Counted from the first letter of the stretch, positions 51,058 to 60,044 are shown. The stretch is 64,000 bases of DNA from Trueperaceae bacterium (GCA_965215565.1 CBDCDZ010000004.1:3040001-3104000); one strand, 5' to 3'. Program-made: numbers and translations. The notes: generated from the sequence alone by a model not told the origin.

Positions 51058-51903
51058 TCACTGGTCATACTTATAGAATCCCTCCCCCGTCTTCCGCCCC
51101 AACTTCCCCGCCCGCACCATCTGGCGCATGAGGGGGTGGATGCGGAACTTGGGGTCTTGGAACTCGGTGTAGAGCGATTCGGCGGCGGCTAAAGCGACGT
51201 CTAAACCGACGAGGTCAATGAGCGCAAGCGGTCCAATCGGCATGTTCGCGCCGAGTTTCATCGCGGCGTCGATATCTTCGGCGCTCGCAACGCCCTCATT
51301 CAGCGCGTGAACGGCGTCGTTGAGGTAAGGAATCAACAGGCGGTTGACGATAAAGCCGGGTTTGTCCTCGCATAAAATCGGCGTTTTGCCGATGCCCTCC
51401 GTGAAACTCTTGGCGCGTTGCATGGTTTCGTCACTCGTTTGCAGCGCGTTGACGACTTCGACGAGTGGGAGCACGGCGACGGGGTTGAAGAAGTGCATTC
51501 CGCAGAAGCGTTCGGGCTTGTCCACAAACGAGGCAATTTCGGTAATCGAGAGGCTCGAGGTGTTCGTTGCTAAGAGCGCGTCATCGTTCGCAACTTCGCT
51601 CAAGTTCGTCCAGACCTCTTGCTTGACCTTGATGTTCTCAAAAACTGCCTCGACGATGACTTCGGCACTCTTCAGCTTGTCAACCTCGCCGACTAGGGTG
51701 ATGCGCTCTAGTGTATCCGCCTTGTCCTGCTCGGAGAGCTTCTCTTTTTTGACTAAACGCGAGAGGCTCTTGTCAATCGACTTGAGCCCGCGCTCGCGCG
51801 CCGATTCGTTCAAATCTTGCAGCGAAACGTCGTGACCTGCGCCCGCGCACGCTTGCGCGATGCCTGCGCCCATCGTTCCTGCTCCGACTATGGCTACCTT
51901 CAT
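51058..51903 (-). CDS. hbd: 3-hydroxybutyryl-CoA dehydrogenase
   Basis: GAGTMGAGIA, NTSSLSI, GMHFFNP, PGFIVNR, GKLGRKTG.GFY. Confidence 0.92.
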   Translation of the reverse strand: MKVAIVGAGTMGAGIAQACAGAGHDVSLQDLNESARERGLKSIDKSLSRLVKKEKLSEQDKADTLERITLVGEVDKLKSAEVIVEAVFENIKVKQEVWTNLSEVANDDALLATNTSSLSITEIASFVDKPERFCGMHFFNPVAVLPLVEVVNALQTSDETMQRAKSFTEGIGKTPILCEDKPGFIVNRLLIPYLNDAVHALNEGVASAEDIDAAMKLGANMPIGPLALIDLVGLDVALAAAESLYTEFQDPKFRIHPLMRQMVRAGKLGRKTGEGFYKYDQ

Positions 51904-52072
51904 AAAACTCCTTTATTTGAGTGAATGTATTTGAGCGATTTTCTTGAAATCACCGTGCCGAGATGTTCTGCTAAGTTTTAGGCTGAGAAAACGCTTTCTT
52001 CTCTCCTGAATTCTGTATTCTGCCTTCTGAACTCTCAAAACACCTCACTGCAACTGATCTTAGTCTCGAGGC

Positions 52073-52798
52073 TCAACTTCCATAGAGCGTGAGACCCGCC
52101 TCCAGCGCCACTTCCACCATCTCGCTCACGCTACGTTTTAACACGTCCGGCTCGACGAACTGCGGGTCGCCGATGTAGTTTGAGGCGACTAAGGCGCAGC
52201 CCGTTTCGACTTTGCGCAGTTTGCCGAGCAAGAAGAGCGCCGACGCTTCCATCTCCACGCCCAAGATGCCCCGCGCCGCCAACCTCTCGACATCATCCGG
52301 CGTCGTGCCGTAAAAAGCGTCCTCGGTTTGAATCAGCCCGACATGGAGGTTTCTGTCCGCGAGGTTTTTACCCTCTCCAGCTTGGGCTAAAGCCCGCGTT
52401 ACGCTGAAAGACGCAGCGGGCGCGTAGGGGTCGCCACCTAAGTACATCCGTGTCGTGCCGTCTTGCGGCACGGACGCGGTTGCGACGATGAGGTCGCCGG
52501 GCTCGACCTCTTGGCTAATGATGCCCGAGGTGCCCACCCGTACGAGCGTTTTCGCCCCGAGCCTGACCAACTCTTCAACGACGATAGCTAGGCTCGGACA
52601 GCCCATCCCTGTTGTCTGTACGGAGACGGGCATCCCTTTATACGTACCCGTGTAACCCAGAAGCTGGCGGTAGTCGTTGTAGCGTTTAGGCGCATCAAAG
52701 AACGTTTCGGCGATGAAAGTCGCTCGGTCAGGGTCGCCCGGTAAGAGGACGAAGGGGGCGACGTCGCCGGGCTCGGCTTGAATGTGAAGCTGACTCAT
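52073..52798 (-). CDS. Purine/uridine nucleoside phosphorylase (DeoD-type)
   Basis: LPGDPDRA, GMGCPS, RVGT, EMEAS. Confidence 0.9.
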   Translation of the reverse strand: MSQLHIQAEPGDVAPFVLLPGDPDRATFIAETFFDAPKRYNDYRQLLGYTGTYKGMPVSVQTTGMGCPSLAIVVEELVRLGAKTLVRVGTSGIISQEVEPGDLIVATASVPQDGTTRMYLGGDPYAPAASFSVTRALAQAGEGKNLADRNLHVGLIQTEDAFYGTTPDDVERLAARGILGVEMEASALFLLGKLRKVETGCALVASNYIGDPQFVEPDVLKRSVSEMVEVALEAGLTLYGS

Positions 52799-52878
52799 CG
52801 GGGGAGAGCATAACACCTGACAGTCATCCGAACGTGCGCTGCCAAACTGAGTTTGCCGTTTTCTATAACCTGATAAAG

Positions 52879-53014
52879 GAGAGGTTGAGATGTGTTAGGT
52901 GGGAACAAGTAGTCAGATATCAGAATTCAGTAGGTTTTCATGCTGACTACTGTCTACTGACTACTCGTTCCCTCAAGCAGCGAACCTAACATCCTCCTTC
53001 CGAAAGGACCTTTC
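52879..53014. repeat. Long nested hairpin with heptamer-like core
   Basis: GAGAGGT/ACCTTTC, TGTTAGGT/ACCTAACA, GGGAAC/GTTCCC, AGTAGTCAG/CTGACTACT. Confidence 0.7.
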
Positions 53015-53164
53015 AAGACATGCTGCGACACTGCAGGCATCATCTTGTAACGTGCGTGCCAAACTCTTCACTTCATCCACTACGGGCGTCCGTTGCTAGA
53101 TGATACCTACCGCAAAGATGAATAATCCACGTCCACGCCGAAACCCCTCTGTTACACTTTCTGA

Positions 53165-53527
53165 GTGCAAGACCTCGACCAAATCCTCGCTTACCTCGTC
53201 AACCACGTAGACGGTGCACTCTCGGCTGCCGTCGGCGGGATGGATGGTCTCATCATCGAGCAGTACGCCGCCGATGAACGTGACCTTACCGCTGTCGCCG
53301 CCGAGCAAACGAGCCTGCTCTCGTTTAGCCAGAGCGCGTATTCAAAGGCGTTGGAGGGGGGCAGTCTCAGAGAGGTCATCGTTTCGGCGGACGAAGTCGT
53401 GGGCTACACGCGCCTCTTGGGAGATGACCTTTTCTGTTTGGTCGTGCTGAGCGCCTCGGGCAACTTAGGCAAGGCGCGGCTCTACAGCGAGCAAGTGAGC
53501 GGCGCGATTCGTGAGGTGCTCTTATGA
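53165..53527 (+). CDS. Roadblock/LC7 domain protein 1
   Basis: VDGALSAAVGGMDGLII...NLGKARL; TACACT 6 nt before GTG. Confidence 0.88.
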   Translation: MQDLDQILAYLVNHVDGALSAAVGGMDGLIIEQYAADERDLTAVAAEQTSLLSFSQSAYSKALEGGSLREVIVSADEVVGYTRLLGDDLFCLVVLSASGNLGKARLYSEQVSGAIREVLL

Positions 53528-53883
53528 CCCTGAAAGAAGCGCTCAACCCGCTTTTAATGTTAGACGGTCTCGTCACGCTGGCAGTGCTGGCGGACGACGG
53601 GCTGCCCGTCGAGGTCATCGGTTACGACAACTCGGACGCTTTTGCTGCCGAGCTTGCGACGGTGGCGAAGGTAGCGCGGCAGGGGTTTAAGTCGCTCGAG
53701 CTAGGTTCCGCCAGCCGCGTGTGTGTGTCCCTTGAAGACTTAGAAGCGTTCGTTGTGCCGCTAGAAAGCCACGTGCTTGTGGCAGTCTTTGAGCAGAAGG
53801 ACAGCGCGGCGGCGGCGCAGCTTATCGGCAAGACCAAAGCGCAGCTAGAGAGCGCTTTAGGAGCAACCTATGAACTTAGCTGA
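53524..53883 (+). CDS. Roadblock/LC7 domain protein 2
   Basis: DGLVTLAVLADDGLPVE...AAELA; ATGA overlap. Confidence 0.82.
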   Translation: MTLKEALNPLLMLDGLVTLAVLADDGLPVEVIGYDNSDAFAAELATVAKVARQGFKSLELGSASRVCVSLEDLEAFVVPLESHVLVAVFEQKDSAAAAQLIGKTKAQLESALGATYELS

Positions 53884-54238
53884 GCTACTCAATGAAGCGC
53901 TCACCATCAAGGGTGTAACGAGCGCGGCCGTCGTCGCGCAGGACGGCAAACTCGTTGAGGGAGCCTCCAACAGCGGGCAAGACCTGAGCTTTGTAGGCGG
54001 GCTCATCACGAGCGGGATGGCGTCCAGCCGCGTCTTAGCCGAACTCTTGGGCGAAGGTGAAATCACCCAGACGATGATCGAATTTGACGAAGGACCAGTG
54101 CTCATTACACCTCTAGGTAATTCAGCGGGCGAAGGCTACGTTGCAGTCGTTACGATGGGCTCGGCGAGCGATATGGGGCGGGCGCGTTTTGGCTTGCGCA
54201 AGCTGTTGCCGCAGTTGGCGGAGGCAGTGGCGGCTTAG
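53870..54238 (+). CDS. Roadblock/LC7 domain protein 3
   Basis: GVTSAAVVAQDGKLVE...IEFDEG...MGRARF. Confidence 0.88.
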   Translation: MNLAELLNEALTIKGVTSAAVVAQDGKLVEGASNSGQDLSFVGGLITSGMASSRVLAELLGEGEITQTMIEFDEGPVLITPLGNSAGEGYVAVVTMGSASDMGRARFGLRKLLPQLAEAVAA

Positions 54239-54260
54239 GTACGCGGCTTTTGAAGTTTGA

Positions 54261-54291
54261 GAGGTGAGGACACATCCTCACCTCGTTTTTT
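54261..54291 (+). terminator. Intrinsic terminator of roadblock operon
   Basis: GAGGTGAGGA-CACA-TCCTCACCTC-GTTTTTT. Confidence 0.85.
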
Positions 54292-54447
54292 GTTTGGGGT
54301 CGTACCACATTTTGCCTGTGAAATTACGCAGAGCCCATAATAAAGACGATTGACTCTTCACGACTACGCCAAACGGGACACTTTATATAGCTCAATCTCT
54401 TTTTTGAACGTCGCACCATCATCTCTTCTAGTGAGTGAGCGTACGGC

Positions 54448-54476
54448 GTAGGAGTGGGGTTCAAACCCACCCCTAC
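54448..54476. repeat. GTAG-type REP-like palindrome
   Basis: GTAGGAGTGGGGTTCAAACCCACCCCTAC (GTAG...CTAC ends). Confidence 0.6.
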
Positions 54477-54581
54477 AACATTTGCCTCTGTGCGTGACTT
54501 TTCTGGCGTGATCTATCAATTTCCTTTGATGATTTTGTAGTGGTTAAGGGATTCTCGAGCCGCTCGAGCCCCATTTCTAAT

Positions 54582-55958
54582 CTAATCCGCCCCCGCTGAC
54601 GCCTCCATCAAGTTGTCACTAAGAGCTTTGCCCGTCGGATTCTGATTCATGAGGAGCGCCGCGACGCCCGCCACCGCCAAACTCACCGCGTATACGCTGA
54701 GCGCGAGAGGTAATGAGAGCGTGAGCAGATAGCCGCCTAAAGGCGCGGCGAAGATACCCGCCGCTCGAGCCATCGCTCCAGCCCAACCCATACCCGTCGC
54801 CCGGACTTCGGTTGGATAGGTTTCGGGCGTATAGGCGTAGAGTGCGCCCCACGCGCCGAGCAGCGAAAAGCTCAAGAGCATACTGCCGCCCACGATGAGC
54901 ACCGAAGAGGTGGCGAGCGCGAACATCATACTGGCGGCGGCGCTGCCGAAGAGGAAGACGGCTAAAGTATTGCGCCTACCGATGCGCTCCAAGAGGTAGG
55001 CCGAAAGCGCGTAACCTGGTAGCTGCGCGAGCGCTAAGAGGACGAGATAGCCGTAACCTCTGACGAACTCAAAACCTTCTTCCACGAAGATGCGCGGCAA
55101 CCAAGTAAAAATACCGTAGTAGCCGAGCGAAAGCCCAAACCACATGATTGAAAAGAGCAGCGTGCGCCGCCGCAAGACGCCGCTAAAAAGCGCGGCTGTC
55201 GTTGAGGTGACGGTGCGCTTTTGGACGTGCAAGTCCCCTATCTCGACCTCGACGCGGTTGATATCAGCGACCTTTTGCAGGACCTCTTTCGCCTCTTCCT
55301 TGCGCCCCGTCAGCAAGAGGTAGCGCGGCGACTCGGGGACCCAGAGTCGCAAGAAGAAGCCGAGCAAGCCCGGTAACGCCGAAATCGCAAAGAGCCAACG
55401 CCACCCCGTGTCGGGCAGCGCAGGCACAATGCCCCACGCGATGAGCGCAATCAGGAGCGTGCCGAGCGCCCAGAACGCCTCCAAATACACCAAAAACCGC
55501 CCCCGCACCTTGCTCGGCAGATACTCCGCCATCACCGCGTAATCTACGGGCAGCGTGCCACCTACGGCTGCGCCTGTAAGGAAGCGGAACACGAGCAAGA
55601 ACAAGAGGTTGGGCGAGAACGCCGAGAGTAGCCCGAACACCGCGTCGAGCAAAACGGTCAGCAGAAAGATGCGTCTGCGCCCGAACCTATCTGCTAACAC
55701 ACCAAAGCCCCACGCTCCGACGAGCATCCCGCCGAAGAATGCCGAGCCGACAAAGCCCGCTTGCGTCCCTGAAATGCCTAGTCCTACAATCAGCGAAGGA
55801 ATCGCGAAGCCCAGAATCAAGACTTCCATCGCGTCCGTCGCCCAGACCAGACCGTTGATGCCTAAAAGCCGCCACTGAAAGCGCCCTAAGCCGATGCGCT
55901 CGATGGCGTCGTCTACAGTTGTAGCAGGTCTAGCGGGAGCGGGACCACGCGACTTCAT
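54582..55958 (-). CDS. MFS transporter (SV2/NiaP-like)
   Basis: GRFQW, DAMEV, LADRFGRR, AEYLP..RG, PESPR, YTPE.YPT..RATG. Confidence 0.9.
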   Translation of the reverse strand: MKSRGPAPARPATTVDDAIERIGLGRFQWRLLGINGLVWATDAMEVLILGFAIPSLIVGLGISGTQAGFVGSAFFGGMLVGAWGFGVLADRFGRRRIFLLTVLLDAVFGLLSAFSPNLLFLLVFRFLTGAAVGGTLPVDYAVMAEYLPSKVRGRFLVYLEAFWALGTLLIALIAWGIVPALPDTGWRWLFAISALPGLLGFFLRLWVPESPRYLLLTGRKEEAKEVLQKVADINRVEVEIGDLHVQKRTVTSTTAALFSGVLRRRTLLFSIMWFGLSLGYYGIFTWLPRIFVEEGFEFVRGYGYLVLLALAQLPGYALSAYLLERIGRRNTLAVFLFGSAAASMMFALATSSVLIVGGSMLLSFSLLGAWGALYAYTPETYPTEVRATGMGWAGAMARAAGIFAAPLGGYLLTLSLPLALSVYAVSLAVAGVAALLMNQNPTGKALSDNLMEASAGAD

Positions 55959-56057
55959 CTGGTCAAAGCCAATCTCACGTTAGAAAACAGTACCGAGCAC
56001 TCACTTTCAGTGATGATACCTGCGTGGCTCGAGCTTACTTGAGTTAAAAAACCTTGT

Positions 56058-56320
56058 AGCGCTTTTGTTGTCATCTTTTTCCCTCATAGGAGAATGTGCC
56101 GCCTACCCAAACATTCCAAAGAATGTCAGACGGCGGGGTGAAGGTCTCAAAAAAGCAATTAGAGACCAAGAGGTAAGCCTACCTGGAAAAGATGACCGCT
56201 AAGTTTTCGTGAACATGTTGGGCTCCCATTGTTTTGACATTCCACTGCTGGTGGCCGATTGGGTAACGCCTTTGGACTTGCGTTCAAGTCCTTGCTCAGC
56301 AGAGGGCGCGGTGAAGCGCA
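56058..56320 (-). ncRNA. Candidate structured RNA / long 5' leader of MFS gene
   Basis: TATAAT on minus strand (56326-56331); multi-stem junction closed by GTCATCTTTTCC/GGAAAAAGATGAC. Confidence 0.45.
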
Positions 56321-56418
56321 AAATCATTATACGTTGTTTGAAGAGGTGGGGGTGTCGCTCGAGCTTAGAAGTTCATTTTCTCTAAACCTCGAGCCAAAAC
56401 CATGTCACAATACGCTCT

Positions 56419-56877
56419 ACGAAACTCGCCGAAGCTCTCATCCTCCGCGCCGACTATCAAAAACGTGCTGAGCAACTCAGGGGCAGAATTGTTAGCAATG
56501 CGAAGGTACAAGAAGGTGATACGCCCTCGGAAGACCCGAATAGGCTCTTGCAGGAGCTTGATGACCTCTCGAGCGGTCTTACTGACCTTATTCAGCGCAT
56601 CAACAAGACGAACTCTGAAACGAGCTACGAGGGGGGTAAAACGCTGACGGACGCGCTAGCTGAACGCGACGTGTTATCTCTCAAGCGTAAAATCTACAGC
56701 GAACTTGCGAAAGCGGCGTCGGTCACGCAAACACGCTACAGCAAATCAGAGGTCAAATTCAGAAGTACGGTGGAGGTCTCGAGTATCCAAAAGCAAGTGG
56801 ATGACATGTCGAAGGCGTACCGCGAGATGGACGCACAGATTCAGGCGCTCAACTGGGCGACTGACTTGTTAGAATAA
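56419..56877 (+). CDS. DIP1984 family protein (ACG in place of ATG)
   Basis: (M)KLAEALILRADYQKR...NAKVQEGDTPSEDP...RINKTN...RYSKSEVKF...IQALNWATDL; ORF track truncated it. Confidence 0.88.
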   Translation, partial: TKLAEALILRADYQKRAEQLRGRIVSNAKVQEGDTPSEDPNRLLQELDDLSSGLTDLIQRINKTNSETSYEGGKTLTDALAERDVLSLKRKIYSELAKAASVTQTRYSKSEVKFRSTVEVSSIQKQVDDMSKAYREMDAQIQALNWATDLLE

Positions 56878-56878
56878 C

Positions 56879-57098
56879 GAAAAGCGCGTTGGTAACGAGC
56901 CAAGTTAAAGCGAGCACAGACCCGCCAACTGGGTAAGTTGGACTCCTGGGTTAGCGCAAGAGGCTGCGCTAGCAGGTTCAAATCCTGCTCCTTATAGTTT
57001 TGCCTAGCAAAGTCACAAGGGCACAGGGCAACGTAACTGTGACAACCGTGTGCTGATTAACTCGAGCTGGTGAGGGTGGGTAAGGGGATGCGTTTTTC
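56879..57098 (+). ncRNA. Candidate ~220-nt structured RNA with tRNA-like module
   Basis: 12-bp end-closing stem with G-U pairs; D-like, variable-like and canonical T-arm GCAGG-TTCAAAT-CCTGC. Confidence 0.7.
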
Positions 57099-57128
57099 CG
57101 TTCGATAGTTTATCTAGCTTATTCTAAT

Positions 57129-57884
57129 TTAACTCGCCGTCCACCCCAAATCCATCGTCTGCGCCGTCCCCGTAATCCCCCACGCCCCTTCTGAGCAGAG
57201 GTACGAGACGTACCCACCGACGTCTTCGGGCTCTAAGAGCTTTTTAATCGCGGTGTGCTCCAAAAGCACCTTCTCCTCGACCTCTTCGGGTCTGATACCT
57301 CTTGTCTTCGCTTGGTCTTCAATCTGCTTTTCAACCAAAGGCGTTCGCACGTAGGCGGGACAGACCGTATTACACGTCACGCCGTGCTCGCCGCCCTCTA
57401 AAGCCGCCACCTTCGTAAAGCCCATCAGCCCGTGCTTCGCCGTGATATAGGCAACCTTATAAGGGCTCGCCACCAGCGAATGCGCACTGCCGATATTGAC
57501 GATGCGCCCGTGCCCCGACTTGATGAGGTACTCCCAAGCGTATTTGCTGAGCAAGAAGGGCGCGGTAAGCATGAGCGACAGCATGTCGTCCCAAGTGTCT
57601 TCAGGAAAGTCGGGGATGGGGTCAATATTTTGAAAGCCCGCGTTGTTGACCAAGATGTCGAGACCCTCATAATGTTCAACGGTTTTGTCCACCGCCTCTT
57701 TGCACCCCTCGCGGCTCGTGAGGTCTGAACTGATGAAAATGCCGTCGAGTTCATTCGCGACCTCTTGCCCTTTTTCTTCGTCGATGTCGGCGATAGCTAT
57801 CTTGATGCCGTCTTTACTAAGCGCTTCGGCGCAGGCTTTACCGATGCCGCTCGAGCCCCCCGTAATCAGTGCAATGCGTGTCAT
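57129..57884 (-). CDS. 3-hydroxybutyrate dehydrogenase (SDR)
   Basis: [46 protein letters not shown]. Confidence 0.9.
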   Translation of the reverse strand: MTRIALITGGSSGIGKACAEALSKDGIKIAIADIDEEKGQEVANELDGIFISSDLTSREGCKEAVDKTVEHYEGLDILVNNAGFQNIDPIPDFPEDTWDDMLSLMLTAPFLLSKYAWEYLIKSGHGRIVNIGSAHSLVASPYKVAYITAKHGLMGFTKVAALEGGEHGVTCNTVCPAYVRTPLVEKQIEDQAKTRGIRPEEVEEKVLLEHTAIKKLLEPEDVGGYVSYLCSEGAWGITGTAQTMDLGWTAS

Positions 57885-58090
57885 TTTGCCTCCCAAGTAG
57901 AGTAACGAACGTCACTAGGTTTTACCATGAGGAGCCAGTCAGCTTGTCAGCACTTCAGCTAGTTTCGTTCCGAAAACTTTGTAACAGGAAAACCTTTGAA
58001 CCTGAAATGCTGAGACGCTTCTCTCCGTGTTCCAAATTCCAGCCCCATTACGTTCGCCGCGCTATTCTACCTCTTTGGGAGTTGAGCGCC

Positions 58091-59167
58091 TTGACCATCA
58101 CCGATGACGAAACAACCGAATTCCCTGCTTTGCAAGGTTTCGCCATGCCCGCTGAGTGGACCTCTCACGCGGCGACTTGGACGAGTTGGCCCTTTGACGA
58201 TGACTTGTGGGAAGGGCATTTAGAGGGCGTGCGCGAGGAGTTCGCGCAACTTGTAGCGACGATGGCGCGGTTTGAGAGCGTTGTGCTCAACGTGCGAGAC
58301 GAAGAGGTTGAAAGGGATGCGCGTCGGCGTTTGGAACAGACTGAAAACAGTTTACATAACATCACCTTTCACCGCGTCCCCCTCAACGACGTGTGGTTTC
58401 GCGATAACGGGCCGTTATTCGTCAAAAACGCTGAGGGTAAAGTGGCGCTAACCGATTGGACCTTCAACGCTTGGGGCGAGAAGTATGCGCCTTGGGATGA
58501 CGATAACCGTGCGCCGCAAAAAGTAGCTGAGACGCTCGAGATGAAGAGGTTCGTGTTACCGCAAGTGATGGAAGGGGGCGCGTTAGAACTCAATGCTCAA
58601 GGCGTCTGCCTCACCACGCGCTCGTGCTTACTTTCGCAACACCGCAACCCGAATATGACGCAGAGCGAGATTGAGCGGGTGCTACGTGACGCGCTCGGTA
58701 TTTCGCATCTGATTTGGTTAGAAGCAGGCTTAGAAGGCGACCACACCGACGGTCACATCGACACGATCGTGCGCTTTACCAACGACCGAATGATTATCTG
58801 CTCCGTGGAAGAGGACGAAGACGACCCAAATTTTATGACAATGCAGCACAACCTCTCGCTGCTGCAAACATTACGAGATAGTGCAGGAGATTCTTATAAA
58901 ATTGTTCAACTACCTCTTCCCAAAAAGCGCATGGAGCTTAACGGCGTGCGCTTGCCTCTAACGTACGCCAACTTCTATATCGGCAACGGCTTCGTGGTTG
59001 TCCCCGTTTACGACGACGCGAACGACGAGGGAGCACTCGACATTTTGCGACCTCTCTTCCCCGACCGAGAGGTCATCGGCCTAAAGGCGACGAGCCTCAT
59101 CACGGGCGGCGGCGCGTTTCACTGCGTGACGCAGCAGCAGCCGGAGGGAGAAATTTGTGGCGGCTAA
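58091..59167 (+). CDS. aguA: Agmatine deiminase family protein
   Basis: MPAEW, DVWFRDNGP, FNAWG, EGG, DHTDGHID, YANFY, GGGAFHCVTQQ; start uncertain (58091 TTG or 58145 ATG). Confidence 0.92.
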   Translation: MTITDDETTEFPALQGFAMPAEWTSHAATWTSWPFDDDLWEGHLEGVREEFAQLVATMARFESVVLNVRDEEVERDARRRLEQTENSLHNITFHRVPLNDVWFRDNGPLFVKNAEGKVALTDWTFNAWGEKYAPWDDDNRAPQKVAETLEMKRFVLPQVMEGGALELNAQGVCLTTRSCLLSQHRNPNMTQSEIERVLRDALGISHLIWLEAGLEGDHTDGHIDTIVRFTNDRMIICSVEEDEDDPNFMTMQHNLSLLQTLRDSAGDSYKIVQLPLPKKRMELNGVRLPLTYANFYIGNGFVVVPVYDDANDEGALDILRPLFPDREVIGLKATSLITGGGAFHCVTQQQPEGEICGG

Positions 59168-60044
59168 TAAAAGCGTGAGGTTGGCCGTCGTTCAGATGGC
59201 GTGCTCGGATGACTTGGCGGCGAACCTCTCGAAAGCTGAAGGCATGGTGCGCGAGGCGGCGGGTAACGGCGCGAACATCGTTTTGCTGCAAGAACTCTTC
59301 GAGAGTTTGTACTTTCCGCAGTTGGAGCGCGAAGACCTCTTCGCCTTAGCGCATCCGGTTGAAGGACATCCTTTCTTAGAGAGATTTGGCACACTCGCGG
59401 GTGAGTTGGGCGTCGTTCTCCCCGTCTCCTTTTTCGAGAAAGCCAATCAGACTTATTTCAACTCGCTGATGATGTTCGACGCGGACGGGTCGAACCTGGG
59501 CGTCTACCGCAAGAGCCACATCCCCGACGGTCCTGGCTACGAGGAGAAGTACTACTTCAACGTGGGTGACACGGGCTTCAAGGCGTGGCGCACCTGGTTT
59601 GGGACGATTGGCGTGGCGATCTGTTGGGACCAGTGGTTTCCCGAGGCGGCGCGCGCGATGGCGCTGCAAGGGGCGGACCTCTTGCTCTACCCGACGGCGA
59701 TAGGCTCGGAGCCGCAAGAAGCAGGGGGGCTAGAAACGCCGCCCCTCGAGACCAAGGCGATGTGGCAGCGGGCGATGGTGGGGCACGCCGTGTCGAACTC
59801 GTGCTACGTCGCGGCGGCGAACCGGGTGGGAACAGAAGGGGACGCGACTTTTTACGGCGGCTCGTTCGTGAGCGATTACATGGGTGAAATGCTCGCCGAA
59901 GCGGACGAGGCGTCTGAGACGATCATCTACGCTGACCTCAATTTTGCCAAGGCGCAGACCTTTCGGGCGGGCTTCGGGTTTTTTAGAGACCGGAGACCGG
60001 AGCTTTATCGGCGCTTGCTGAGCTTAGACGGCGAACTCAAATAG
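59157..60044 (+). CDS. aguB: N-carbamoylputrescine amidase
   Basis: QELF, YRKSHIPDGPGYEEKYYF, ICWDQWFPE, YPTAIGSEP. Confidence 0.95.
   Translation: MAANKSVRLAVVQMACSDDLAANLSKAEGMVREAAGNGANIVLLQELFESLYFPQLEREDLFALAHPVEGHPFLERFGTLAGELGVVLPVSFFEKANQTYFNSLMMFDADGSNLGVYRKSHIPDGPGYEEKYYFNVGDTGFKAWRTWFGTIGVAICWDQWFPEAARAMALQGADLLLYPTAIGSEPQEAGGLETPPLETKAMWQRAMVGHAVSNSCYVAAANRVGTEGDATFYGGSFVSDYMGEMLAEADEASETIIYADLNFAKAQTFRAGFGFFRDRRPELYRRLLSLDGELK

Noticed and set aside
54448..54476. tRNA fragment or att site (GGTTCAAACCC)
   Set aside because: No cloverleaf; GTAG...CTAC palindrome fits a REP-like element better; no integrase nearby
56270..56312. TPP riboswitch or hammerhead (minus: CTGCTGAG...TTGAAC)
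   Set aside because: Missing CCTGAT/GGGA (TPP) and CTGATGA/GAAA (hammerhead) cores
56921..56995. Canonical tRNA (tRNA-Sec-like) gene
   Set aside because: D-, variable- and T-like arms are present, but there is no 7-nt anticodon loop, no local acceptor stem and no CCA; treated as part of a larger ncRNA
57869..58090. N-terminal extension of aguA in the ORF track
   Set aside because: Overlaps the divergent gene start and promoter region; family similarity begins near MPAEW
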